Positions 1-7,918 are shown, counted from the first letter of the stretch. The stretch is DNA of 35,087 bases from a virus (IMGVR_UViG_3300011337_000104:1-35087); one strand, 5' to 3'. Notes: a model not told the origin generated them from the letters alone. Numbers and translations: made by a program.

Positions 1-93
1 TCTGCGACGCCTACAAGTTCTGCCACGAGACCAAGACCACCGAGCATGTGAACTGCCGCACCTGCGCGCACAGCACGGCCAAGGACGACAGCA
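1..93. repeat. 93-bp terminal direct repeat, left copy (circular assembly overlap)
   Basis: 1-93 is identical to 34995-35087; the repeat lies inside a reading frame that runs through the junction. Confidence 0.97.
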
Positions 94-380
94 CCTGGCG
101 CTGCGAGCGCCACGACGCAGACGGCATCCCTGTCGAGTTCCAGCGCCAGGCCTGCGACAGCCACGTCCTGCATCCTGACCTGGTGCCCTGGCAGCGCAAG
201 GACGGCCTGGACGACTGGACAGCCGTCTACGTCATCGAAGGCCGCGACGTGGCCAATGGCGAAGGCGACGCGCACGTCTACACCAGCCGCGAGATTCTGG
301 ACAACCCCAAGATGTGCAGCCTGGGCGACGAGTATGTCGAAGAGCTGCGCCAGCAATTTGACGCGAGGATTGTGGGATGA
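1..380 (+). CDS. 3' part of Cas4-like PD-(D/E)XK exonuclease (gene starts at 34346 and wraps the contig end; about 342 aa)
   Basis: ORF 48..380 is in frame with ATG 34346 across the overlap; carries the end of CKFC-x5-C and a further CRTC..WRC..C cluster. Confidence 0.85.
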   Translation, partial: CDAYKFCHETKTTEHVNCRTCAHSTAKDDSTWRCERHDADGIPVEFQRQACDSHVLHPDLVPWQRKDGLDDWTAVYVIEGRDVANGEGDAHVYTSREILDNPKMCSLGDEYVEELRQQFDARIVG

Positions 381-751
381 ACACCGACAGAGAACTGATG
401 CAGCAGGCGCTGGATGCGCTTGAACAAGTCGCCGAGTATTTCAGCGATGATTCAACTGAAGCGAAAACCATCACCGCCCTGCGCGAGAGGCTGGCGCAGC
501 CAGAGCAGGAGCCGGTGGCGACATTAGACGACCTTGAACAAGAAATTTATGAAAACACACGGCAGTTCGTATCTCGTGATGTTATGGAATGGATGCTCAA
601 GCGTTACTACACCACCCCACCACAGCGCAAGCCGCTGACGGATGAGCAAACGATGGCTGGTTATAAGCTGGCTTGCTCCTATGGCGTCTACGAGAGCAAC
701 GCATTTGCGCTGACAGAGAAGATGTTTTTAATCTTCAAGGAGAACACATGA
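377..751 (+). CDS. hypothetical modular phage protein (QEPVA / QRKPLTDE motifs)
   Basis: ATGA overlap with the upstream stop; shares exact motif blocks with the next gene. Confidence 0.7.
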   Translation: MNTDRELMQQALDALEQVAEYFSDDSTEAKTITALRERLAQPEQEPVATLDDLEQEIYENTRQFVSRDVMEWMLKRYYTTPPQRKPLTDEQTMAGYKLACSYGVYESNAFALTEKMFLIFKENT

Positions 752-1056
752 GCAACCCATATCCAGACTACAAACGCAACACAATTACGTTGCCAGTGGC
801 AAAACAGCCAGCACAGCAGGAGCCGGTGGCGACAGTGACAAGTGAGTCAGGAAATCCGAATGTCTCAATGTCATGGTGGCATGAGCCAGCATTGCCTGTT
901 GGCACAAAGCTCTACACATCCCCACCAGCACAGCGCAAGCCGCTGACGGATGAGGAGATTATGAATTTGTGTGCTTCCGAATGGGCATCGCACCCGATTG
1001 AGGTCGCCCGAATTATCGAAGCCGCACACGGCATTACAGGAGAACAACATGGGTGA
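748..1056 (+). CDS. hypothetical modular phage protein (QEPVA / QRKPLTDE / AAHGI motifs)
   Basis: AAGGAG RBS, ATG 748 in ATGA overlap. Confidence 0.75.
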   Translation: MSNPYPDYKRNTITLPVAKQPAQQEPVATVTSESGNPNVSMSWWHEPALPVGTKLYTSPPAQRKPLTDEEIMNLCASEWASHPIEVARIIEAAHGITGEQHG

Positions 1057-1249
1057 CATGGGCGATTTGTTCAATGAATACAAGGCGTACAAGAAAGAAC
1101 GCAAGCAACGGCTTGGGATGCCTTGCCCTGATTGCACCGTTCGACTACCGAGAGCACAGCCGAAAATCCTCATGCCCAATCAAAAGTGCTGGTGTGGGTA
1201 TCGAGACAACAGACCAAGAGCCGCACACGGCATAAAGGAGGAAGCATGA
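1049..1249 (+). CDS. small Cys-containing hypothetical protein (CPDC..CWC) ending in AAHGI
   Basis: AGGAG RBS before ATG 1049; ATGA coupling to the next gene. Confidence 0.7.
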   Translation: MGDMGDLFNEYKAYKKERKQRLGMPCPDCTVRLPRAQPKILMPNQKCWCGYRDNRPRAAHGIKEEA

Positions 1250-1599
1250 CATTCAAATGCCCTGACAAGTACCGCGTGCAAGTGCCTGGATACCCTGCAG
1301 GCGACGAGCGCAATGGCTGCTTCATCGTTCCACTGAAACACCAGCAGAAGCTGCGCATCATTGCCAGCGATGGTCTCGGATGGGAACACGTCAGCGTAAG
1401 TCGCCGAGATCGCTGTCCGACATGGGACGAGATGTGCCAGATCAAGGCGCTGTTCTGGGACGAGGACGACTGCGTGATCCAGTACCACCCACCGCGCAGC
1501 GAGTACGTCAACAACCACCAAAACTGCCTGCACCTGTGGCGACCGATTGGCGTGTCGCTGCCAATGCCGCCCAGCATCATGGTGGGCTTCAAGGACTGA
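1246..1599 (+). CDS. conserved phage protein of unknown function (GWEHVSVS..PTWDEM..YHP..YVN.H..CLHLW)
   Basis: AAGGAGG RBS; recognisable His-rich conserved motif set. Confidence 0.8.
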   Translation: MTFKCPDKYRVQVPGYPAGDERNGCFIVPLKHQQKLRIIASDGLGWEHVSVSRRDRCPTWDEMCQIKALFWDEDDCVIQYHPPRSEYVNNHQNCLHLWRPIGVSLPMPPSIMVGFKD

Positions 1600-1603
1600 C
1601 GCC

Positions 1604-3196
1604 ATGTTGAGAGAGTACCAACAGCGCACCATCGATCAGCTCTATGCCTGGTTCGAGGCCGGACACCACGGCAACCCATGCCTGGTTCTTCCGACCGGCT
1701 CCGGCAAGAGCCACATCGTGGCAGCCCTGTGCAAGGACGCCCTGCAGAACTGGCCAGAGACGCGCGTGTTGATGCTCACGCACGTCAAGGAGTTGATCGA
1801 GCAGAACGCTGAGAAGATGCGCCTGCACTGGCCAGGCGCGCCGATGGGCATCTACAGCGCCAGCATCGGCAAGAAGCAGCTCGGCGAGCCGATCACCTTC
1901 GCTGGCATCCAGTCGGTGCGCAGCAAGGCGCGCGAACTGGGCCACATCGACCTGGTGATCATCGACGAGTGCCACCTGGTCAATCACAAGGACGAGGGTG
2001 GATACCGCAAGTTGCTGGGCGAGCTGAAGTCCATCAACCCTGCGCTGCGGGTGGTGGGCCTGACGGCCACGCCCTACCGCCTGGGCCACGGCCTGATCAC
2101 CGACAAACCGGCGCTGTTCGACGACCTGATCGAGCCGGTCAGCATCGAGGAGTTGGTCTTCAAGAACTACCTGGCACCGCTGCGCAGTAAGGTCACCAAG
2201 GCCAAGCTGGACACCAGTGGCGTCCACAAGCGTGGCGGGGAGTTCATCGAGGCCGAGCTGCAGGCAGCCGTGAACACCGACGCCAACAACCTGGCCGTGG
2301 TGCAGGAGGTGATCGAGCTGGCCGGCGAGCGCAAGGCCTGGCTGTTCTTCTGCGCTGGCGTCAAGCACGCCGAGAACGTGGCCTTCGTCCTGAGCACCAT
2401 CCACGGCATTCCTGCAGCCTGCGTGACTGGCGAGACGCCAAAGAAGGAGCGCGAGCAGATTCTGGCCGACTTCAAGTCCGGCCGGCTGCGCGCCTTGACC
2501 AATGCCAACGTGCTGACCACCGGCTTCGATTACCCTGACATCGACCTGATCGCCATGCTGCGCCCGACCATGAGCGCGAGTCTCTATGTGCAGATGGCAG
2601 GCCGCGGCATGCGGGTCAAGAGCCACACCGACCACTGCCTGGTGCTGGACTTCGCTGGTGTGGTGGCCACGCATGGGCCGATCACGGCCGTGCAGCCGCC
2701 CAAGAAGGCCGGAGAAGGCAATGGCGAGGCACCAGTGAAGGTCTGCGACAACTGTGGCGAGCTGTGCGCCATTGCAGCGCGCGTGTGCTCGGCCTGTGGC
2801 CATGCCTTCCCTGAGCCTGAGAAGCGCAAGCTGGAGCTGCGCCAGGACGACATCATGGGCCTGGAAGGCATCGACCTCGATGTCACTGGCTGGACCTGGC
2901 GCAAGCACGTCAGCCGCGCCAGTGGCAAGGAGATGATCGCCGTGACGTACTACGGTGGCCTGAGCGATCCGGCCATCACCGAGTACCTGCCGATCATGCA
3001 CGAGGGATATGCAGGCCAGAAGGCCATGCAGCAGCTCGTGACAATGGCCGAGCGTGGCCAGATCGCACCAGGCGGCCTGAACGTCCAGACGTTGGATGAG
3101 ATGGTCGCCAACCTCAACCAGACGCAGCCACCACGCAGCATCGAGTTCAAGCGCGACGGCAAGTTCTTCCGGGTCATGCGCCGGAGGTGGGAGTGA
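1604..3196 (+). CDS. SF2 DNA helicase (RadD/YejH-like) with Zn ribbon
   Basis: LREYQ Q-motif, PTGSGKS, DECH, TAT, LTTGFD, QMAGRGMR, CDNC..CSAC. Confidence 0.95.
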   Translation: MLREYQQRTIDQLYAWFEAGHHGNPCLVLPTGSGKSHIVAALCKDALQNWPETRVLMLTHVKELIEQNAEKMRLHWPGAPMGIYSASIGKKQLGEPITFAGIQSVRSKARELGHIDLVIIDECHLVNHKDEGGYRKLLGELKSINPALRVVGLTATPYRLGHGLITDKPALFDDLIEPVSIEELVFKNYLAPLRSKVTKAKLDTSGVHKRGGEFIEAELQAAVNTDANNLAVVQEVIELAGERKAWLFFCAGVKHAENVAFVLSTIHGIPAACVTGETPKKEREQILADFKSGRLRALTNANVLTTGFDYPDIDLIAMLRPTMSASLYVQMAGRGMRVKSHTDHCLVLDFAGVVATHGPITAVQPPKKAGEGNGEAPVKVCDNCGELCAIAARVCSACGHAFPEPEKRKLELRQDDIMGLEGIDLDVTGWTWRKHVSRASGKEMIAVTYYGGLSDPAITEYLPIMHEGYAGQKAMQQLVTMAERGQIAPGGLNVQTLDEMVANLNQTQPPRSIEFKRDGKFFRVMRRRWE

Positions 3197-3621
3197 GAGG
3201 CCGCGCTCTGCCGCACTATGGCAAGCTGGGTGTGGCCAGCCTGTCCAGCGAGGTCAAGGCCATCTGGTACAGCCGGCATATTGAGCCAGAGCCATGCGAG
3301 CCGATTGATTCTTGGTGGCCGACGCAGACCGATCCTGATCTGTGGATCAGGCAGGACTTTGCGCGCCGCCTGGTGGAGATCACGCCGCTGACTGAGCAGG
3401 AGGAGCAAGCTGTCATCCTGTGCGTGCTGGAGAACTGCACGCTGCGCGAGGCAGGCGAGGTGATGGGCCGGACACAGGAGCGTGTGCGCCAGATTCTGAT
3501 GAAGGCGATGCGCAGGTTTCGCAGGCACCAGTCAGAGCTGACTGGCGTGCCGATGTGGGAAGTAGACGACAGGGTGATGCCCTGGTTTTGGTGGAAGCAT
3601 GAACAGAGGAGAAGCAAATGA
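3193..3621 (+). CDS. sigma70 region-4-like HTH protein (putative transcription regulator)
   Basis: LTEQEEQAVIL..TLREAGEVMGRTQERVRQILMKAMRR matches the region 4.2 pattern; GTGA overlap with the helicase stop. Confidence 0.75.
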   Translation: MRGRALPHYGKLGVASLSSEVKAIWYSRHIEPEPCEPIDSWWPTQTDPDLWIRQDFARRLVEITPLTEQEEQAVILCVLENCTLREAGEVMGRTQERVRQILMKAMRRFRRHQSELTGVPMWEVDDRVMPWFWWKHEQRRSK

Positions 3622-3707
3622 TGTGTGAGCATTGTGGATATCGCAGAGCGATGCGCGAATTGATTGTCTGCAAAAAATGTCTGCGTGAATTTGGGGGTGA
3701 TGCATGA
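3618..3707 (+). CDS. 29-aa CxxC/CxxC mini-protein
   Basis: MMCEHCGYRRAMRELIVCKKCLREFGGDA; AGGAG RBS; ATGA overlaps at both ends. Confidence 0.55.
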   Translation: MMCEHCGYRRAMRELIVCKKCLREFGGDA

Positions 3708-3868
3708 GCAACGTCGTCACAGCACCATTCAGGCGTGAGCATCTTGGCGAGATGGCCAACAAGATCGAGGCTGTGGTTTACGAGTATGCGGATCGAATCT
3801 CACTGGCAGAAGCCATCGGCATCCTTGAGATCGTGAAGGCACAAATCCTGGAGGACCAGCACAAATGA
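3704..3868 (+). CDS. 54-aa hypothetical protein
   Basis: MSNVVTAPFRRE...; ATGA overlaps at both ends; fills a gap in the ORF track. Confidence 0.7.
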   Translation: MSNVVTAPFRREHLGEMANKIEAVVYEYADRISLAEAIGILEIVKAQILEDQHK

Positions 3869-4062
3869 GCACCAGACCACCAGAGCCAGAGTTCCTGATC
3901 CAGTGGCGTGAGTGGATGCGCGCCGGGCCACCGAAGTGCTGCCACACCTGCGAGCACTACGGTGTGGACGGCCTGTGCGTCGAGTTCTTCATGAAGCCGC
4001 CAGAAGACTTTGCCGCCACGCTGGACGCCTGCGACAAGTGGGAGGCCGAATGTCCCTTCTGA
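3865..4062 (+). CDS. small Cys-rich protein (CHTCEHY..GLC..F..C..W)
   Basis: GGAGG RBS, ATGA overlap, metal/Fe-S-like Cys pattern. Confidence 0.75.
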   Translation: MSTRPPEPEFLIQWREWMRAGPPKCCHTCEHYGVDGLCVEFFMKPPEDFAATLDACDKWEAECPF

Positions 4063-4415
4063 CCGACCGGCTGCCGACTGAGCACGAGGAGCAGCGCGAG
4101 CTGGTGCGCTGGTTTCGCCAGACCTGGCCAGGAGTGCGCATCCATGCCATTCCCAATGGTGGCGCGCGCAGCAAGGCCACAGCCGGCCGCCTGAAGGCCG
4201 AAGGCGTGGCCTCTGGCGTGCCGGACCTGTTCGTGCCTGCCTGGCGTCTGTGGATCGAGATGAAGCGCGCCAAAGGCGGCAGCCTCAGCCCGGAGCAGAA
4301 GGACTGGATCGCATACTTGGAAAGTGTGGGATATTGCGTTATAGTGGGAAAAGGTGCGGAAAATGCCAAGCAGCAGATCAGCACCCTCGCTCAAACCAAC
4401 ATAGGAAACCCATGA
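4050..4415 (+). CDS. VRR-NUC domain nuclease (putative Holliday junction resolvase)
   Basis: TEHEEQ, IPNGG, GVPDL, IEMK, LSPEQKDW motifs; GGAGG RBS. Confidence 0.9.
   Translation: MSLLTDRLPTEHEEQRELVRWFRQTWPGVRIHAIPNGGARSKATAGRLKAEGVASGVPDLFVPAWRLWIEMKRAKGGSLSPEQKDWIAYLESVGYCVIVGKGAENAKQQISTLAQTNIGNP
4317..4345 (+). promoter_or_regulatory. putative sigma70 promoter embedded in the VRR-NUC 3' end
   Basis: TTGGAA-17 bp-TATAGT in a locally AT-rich stretch. Confidence 0.5.
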
Positions 4416-4654
4416 CCACACGCATTTACTTGGTGACCGACACCGAGACCAACAAGCACCGCCTGATCCGGGCCTCCAACCAGGCCCAGGCGATCAAGTA
4501 CGCCGCCTCGACCAGGTTCGACATCGAGGTCGCTGGCCAGGACGACCTGGTCAGCTTGCTGACCCACGGCATCCCTGTCGAGCTGGCCACCGGCCAGGCC
4601 ACTGCTGACATGTTCGAGGAAGCCGCCGTCGTGAACGCTGGAGGAACTGACTGA
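4412..4654 (+). CDS. hypothetical protein
   Basis: AGGA RBS, ATGA overlap, typical codon usage. Confidence 0.8.
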   Translation: MTTRIYLVTDTETNKHRLIRASNQAQAIKYAASTRFDIEVAGQDDLVSLLTHGIPVELATGQATADMFEEAAVVNAGGTD

Positions 4655-4842
4655 TGGACGCGCCGACCACCTCCAAGTCGTCGGCGTCTGCCACCAAGGA
4701 TCGCTACATGACGATCCGCATTCCGGCAGATGTCGAGCTGGCGCTGCGCCGCCAGGCCGAAGCAGACACCAGGACGCTGGCCGCCCAGGTGCTGCACTAC
4801 ATCAAGCAGGGGCTGGCCAGCCAGCAGGAGACCACCACATGA
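4654..4842 (+). CDS. Arc-like ribbon-helix-helix DNA-binding protein
   Basis: YMTIRIPADVELALRRQAEADTRTLAAQVLHYIKQGL. Confidence 0.8.
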   Translation: MDAPTTSKSSASATKDRYMTIRIPADVELALRRQAEADTRTLAAQVLHYIKQGLASQQETTT

Positions 4843-4970
4843 AGCTGCGCCCACGCATCTCTGTGGAGTGGTTCCCACGCCGCTGGCCGTACTTCGCCAT
4901 TGGCTTTGACCGTGGCGAGTTCCACCTGTACCTGTGGATCGTCGAGATCGAGGTCTGGAGGTCGTACTGA
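4839..4970 (+). CDS. 43-aa aromatic-rich hypothetical protein
   Basis: MKLRPRISVEWFPRRWPYFAIGFDRGEFHLYLWIVEIEVWRSY; AGGAG RBS; coupled at both ends. Confidence 0.6.
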   Translation: MKLRPRISVEWFPRRWPYFAIGFDRGEFHLYLWIVEIEVWRSY

Positions 4971-5140
4971 TGGCCGCAGACAGCCCGAACGACAAGCGCT
5001 ACATGCTGCTGGCGTTTCTGCGGCCGACACCCATCTGCATCGCTGCGTGCGGTGCGATGGGTGGTCCGATGCCCACCGCCGTGGCTGTGTTCATGGACCG
5101 CGAGACCAAGGCCATCAGCCTGGTGGATGTGCGAGCATGA
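4970..5140 (+). CDS. hypothetical protein
   Basis: GGAGG RBS; TGATG overlap. Confidence 0.6.
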   Translation: MAADSPNDKRYMLLAFLRPTPICIAACGAMGGPMPTAVAVFMDRETKAISLVDVRA

Positions 5141-5631
5141 AGAAGTCAGGCAAGCGTAAGCCGCCACAGCGGCCGAAGACCTACACCGTCTTCGACGAGC
5201 TGCTGGCCAGCCCCACCGAGCTGATGCCGGCCGAGTACCGCACGCACCAGCTCACCAGGATGTACGAGGGGCTGCACAGCCTGGAGAAGGCAGACGAGCC
5301 GAGCACCGATGACTGGCGGGTGGTCAGCGATGCCGTCAACATGCTGGAGACCCTGGTGGTCGAGATGAAGGTCTGCGAGGACGACAGCGGCCTGCTGATG
5401 GAAGCTGTGCGCGCCCTGGCCGTGGCTGGCCAGCGCCACAAGCGCGAAGGCAAGCCCATCAGGCTGGACGGTCCTGGCATCCAGGCCGTGCGCGCCGTAC
5501 TGGCCAGCTACGCCGAGCTGCTGGAGGTGCTGCCGGCCAGGACCATGTACCGCTGCCACCGCCTGACCGAGAAGCGCATCCACGCCATCCTGGACGGCCG
5601 GACCAGGCCGCACGATGTCGAGATCGTCTAG
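5137..5631 (+). CDS. hypothetical protein
   Basis: ATGA overlap; strong GC3 bias. Confidence 0.8.
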   Translation: MKKSGKRKPPQRPKTYTVFDELLASPTELMPAEYRTHQLTRMYEGLHSLEKADEPSTDDWRVVSDAVNMLETLVVEMKVCEDDSGLLMEAVRALAVAGQRHKREGKPIRLDGPGIQAVRAVLASYAELLEVLPARTMYRCHRLTEKRIHAILDGRTRPHDVEIV

Positions 5632-5676
5632 GTGTTTTCACCTAGTTGCATAGATTGTGGGGAATCGTGGTATAGT
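5628..5676 (+). promoter_or_regulatory. palindromic site plus putative promoter
   Basis: CTAGGTG-TTTT-CACCTAG (5628-5645) abuts TTGCAT-19 bp-TATAGT with an extended TG. Confidence 0.55.
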
Positions 5677-5709
5677 TGGGCCATCATCAACCAGCAAGGA
5701 GCTGACAGC

Positions 5710-5913
5710 ATGAACAAGACCCAAAAACGCGAGATCGAGAAGGCACGCGACTTCCACAGCCTCGGCCACCACGAGACCGCAGCACGCATCCTGGTCTATT
5801 GCCAGCGCTGCGCCATGACTAAGCGTGCCCAGCAGGACATCATCGAGGTGGCGCGCGAGCTGGACCTGATGCGTTTCATGCGCATCGAGAACGGCTGTCT
5901 GATCACTGACTGA
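5710..5913 (+). CDS. hypothetical protein
   Basis: AAGGAG RBS before ATG 5710. Confidence 0.75.
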   Translation: MNKTQKREIEKARDFHSLGHHETAARILVYCQRCAMTKRAQQDIIEVARELDLMRFMRIENGCLITD

Positions 5914-5924
5914 AGGAGACCACC

Positions 5925-6116
5925 ATGCAGATAAAACGCTACCAAGTCATCCTGGCCGCCATTGGCTTGTTCATTGCGATGGGCATCGTCGGCCAGTCCG
6001 ACTTCGAGGAGGCCGAGCGCCAGGAGGCCGAATACTGCGAGATGGTCAAGCTGTGGAAGCAGACCAAAGGCCAGGCCGGCTGGCCAGCCTACAACGGTGA
6101 GAAGATGTGCAGATGA
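5925..6116 (+). CDS. small protein with an N-terminal transmembrane segment
   Basis: AAGGAG RBS; hydrophobic VILAAIGLFIAMGIVG. Confidence 0.75.
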   Translation: MQIKRYQVILAAIGLFIAMGIVGQSDFEEAERQEAEYCEMVKLWKQTKGQAGWPAYNGEKMCR

Positions 6117-6310
6117 GCTGCAACCAGAACTGCCGCCAGGGACGTGACTGCAACTGTGCAGGCTGGCATGTGGTGCCGCTGAACGACCTGCGCGAGCACG
6201 AGGCCAATGGCAGTTGCTGGTGCAAGCCGACGCTGGACGAAGGCGTCTGGCTGCATCACTCGATGGACGGCCGCGAGGCTTTCGAGCGCGGGGAGCGCCT
6301 TCCGTCCTGA
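6113..6310 (+). CDS. Cys/His-rich hypothetical protein
   Basis: CNQNCRQGRDCNC, H..H..CWC.P..HH; ATGA overlap; last gene of the + arm. Confidence 0.7.
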   Translation: MSCNQNCRQGRDCNCAGWHVVPLNDLREHEANGSCWCKPTLDEGVWLHHSMDGREAFERGERLPS

Positions 6311-6313
6311 TCG

Positions 6314-6703
6314 TCAGCGCTTCATTGCCGTGGCAATGCTCGGAGCGATTTTCTCGACGCTGCGCCCGACGACATAGCCGCCCAGGCCGAACTCGATGAT
6401 TGACCACAGCTTGAGGTACTCGGCCTCGCTGAGGTTCGGAGCCACCCATCCCATCCACCTGGCCACAATCAGCGCCGTGAAGGTGATCATGGTCAGCGGC
6501 CGCCAGTTGGCCGCCAGCCAATGCGTGCTGGCCGCTTCGGTCTGGATGATCTTGGCCGCAGCAGCCTCGATCTCGCCCTGGTGAGCCAGCAACTGACGCA
6601 TGGCCTCAGCCTCGGCCTTAGCCTTCTCGGTGGGGTCAGGGAACAGACTTCCGACGATCTGTCCGACGATGGGGGCCAGCGCCGGGATGAGTGATTGGAT
6701 CAT
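6314..6703 (-). CDS. holin (3TM holin-like)
   Basis: WLAANWRP motif, hydrophobic segments, GYVVGRSVEK; coupled to the endolysin. Confidence 0.8.
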   Translation of the reverse strand: MIQSLIPALAPIVGQIVGSLFPDPTEKAKAEAEAMRQLLAHQGEIEAAAAKIIQTEAASTHWLAANWRPLTMITFTALIVARWMGWVAPNLSEAEYLKLWSIIEFGLGGYVVGRSVEKIAPSIATAMKR

Positions 6704-7080
6704 GGGTATTTCCTCCGGTCCAGCTCGAAGTGTGGACCGTCTGGGAAGCTCTTCCAGTCACCACCCCACACGATGGCCACATTCAGCTCCTTGGCGGCCT
6801 CTTTCATGGCCTTGGCGATCTTGTGATACAGAGGCCAGTCCCATCGCACCTCGTCCTCGACCCAAGCGCCCAGATCGACAGCGTGGCCGGTGATGTGTCG
6901 TCCGTTGAGGGTTTGGCTTGCTCCAGCCTCGTACAGCGCTTTCTGGCGCTCCGGCGTGCGCAATCCCTCCAGCACCGTGAAGTCCACGGTGGTGATCTCA
7001 ATGGCTCGCTCGACGACCTTCACCAGGTCTTCGTGGACGCCTTTGAGCCTCTGTCTGGATCGCGCGCCGAGCTTGTACAT
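6700..7080 (-). CDS. endolysin, M15-family (L-Ala-D-Glu) peptidase
   Basis: EGLRT.ERQ, RH.TGHAVD, WGGDW..F.DGPHFEL zinc-peptidase motifs. Confidence 0.92.
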   Translation of the reverse strand: MYKLGARSRQRLKGVHEDLVKVVERAIEITTVDFTVLEGLRTPERQKALYEAGASQTLNGRHITGHAVDLGAWVEDEVRWDWPLYHKIAKAMKEAAKELNVAIVWGGDWKSFPDGPHFELDRRKYP

Positions 7081-7084
7081 GGCC

Positions 7085-7321
7085 TCAGTGCTTGAAGTAG
7101 TTCAAGGCGTAGCCAACCACGGCCGAGACGCCAGAGACGATGCTCATGCCGAACCACAAGCCGCCCTTGCCCTTGTTGGCCAGCGCCAGCAGCTCCTCGA
7201 CGTTGCGCTCCATCTTGTCGACCTTTTTGTCCATGTCCTGGACCTTCTGCCAGAGCACGCCGTACTTGACCAGGTCAATGCCTTCTTGTGGTTCCTGCAT
7301 CATCCCTGTGGCCTCCATCAA
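7085..7321 (-). CDS. small coiled-coil + C-terminal TM protein (lysis-associated)
   Basis: heptad stretch followed by GLWFGMSIVSGVSAVVGYAL; adjacent to the endolysin. Confidence 0.7.
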   Translation of the reverse strand: MMEATGMMQEPQEGIDLVKYGVLWQKVQDMDKKVDKMERNVEELLALANKGKGGLWFGMSIVSGVSAVVGYALNYFKH

Positions 7322-7671
7322 AGACCTTCGCCAGGGGTCAGGTAGACCGTCGTGGCACCAGCAGCCAGGCCAGAGAAGTACGATCCAACAGGGAAGCGCA
7401 TGATCTCAACAGCGCCAGCCACTAGGGGTATGCCTGCAGCAGGCACGCCAGCAGCGGCTGCAACAGCATTGGCCTGGGCCAGAGCAGCAGTCGGGCCGAC
7501 GCCAAGATGCACAAGGTTCGTGCCAGCGTTGACGAGCCGAATCTGTCCAGTTTCTTGGGCACTGAAGTTGCCATTGACCGGAGTTTGGACACCAGCAGGA
7601 GCAACAGCAGCGGCCGCCACTACGACGGTTTTGCCTTGCGGGTTAAATGCAATTTGGCTATTGGTTGCCAT
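7318..7671 (-). CDS. putative small virion protein
   Basis: Ala/Val/Gly-rich, beta-type; AAGGAG RBS; end of the tail module. Confidence 0.7.
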   Translation of the reverse strand: MATNSQIAFNPQGKTVVVAAAAVAPAGVQTPVNGNFSAQETGQIRLVNAGTNLVHLGVGPTAALAQANAVAAAAGVPAAGIPLVAGAVEIMRFPVGSYFSGLAAGATTVYLTPGEGL

Positions 7672-7672
7672 G

Positions 7673-7918
7673 TCAGACTCCTTTTGCAGCTTGAGCTGCT
7701 TTGTATGCTTCGATCACATCAGCAGTGTGAGTGGCAGCGCAAATTGCTTGCACTCGCACATCTTCATTGCTGTAGTCATCACCAGGTTCGACGACGTGCC
7801 TGTGGAACGTGCCACTGATTTGCTGGCCATCTTCCAGGACAGCAGTTTTTGTGCGTACCTGCACGCAACCATTTTCGATCACTTCGATGCGATCAACAAC
7901 TACGACTTTCTCAAGCAT
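7673..7918 (-). CDS. small tail-associated protein (putative fibre assembly chaperone)
   Basis: AGGAG RBS; position downstream of receptor-binding genes. Confidence 0.7.
   Translation of the reverse strand: MLEKVVVVDRIEVIENGCVQVRTKTAVLEDGQQISGTFHRHVVEPGDDYSNEDVRVQAICAATHTADVIEAYKAAQAAKGV

Noticed and set aside
1-93. Terminal repeat as a true packaged DTR or att site
   Set aside because: It falls mid-gene and the terminase looks headful-type, so an assembly overlap of a circularly permuted genome is more likely; read-end pileups would decide
504-1233. Repeats as a mini CRISPR array or DGR template/variable repeats
   Set aside because: Three different repeats in pairs, 200-310 bp apart and in coding frame; no reverse transcriptase and no adenine-specific mismatches
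5925-6116. Spanin or lipoprotein
   Set aside because: No lipobox Cys after the hydrophobic segment, and it lies on the opposite arm from the lysis genes
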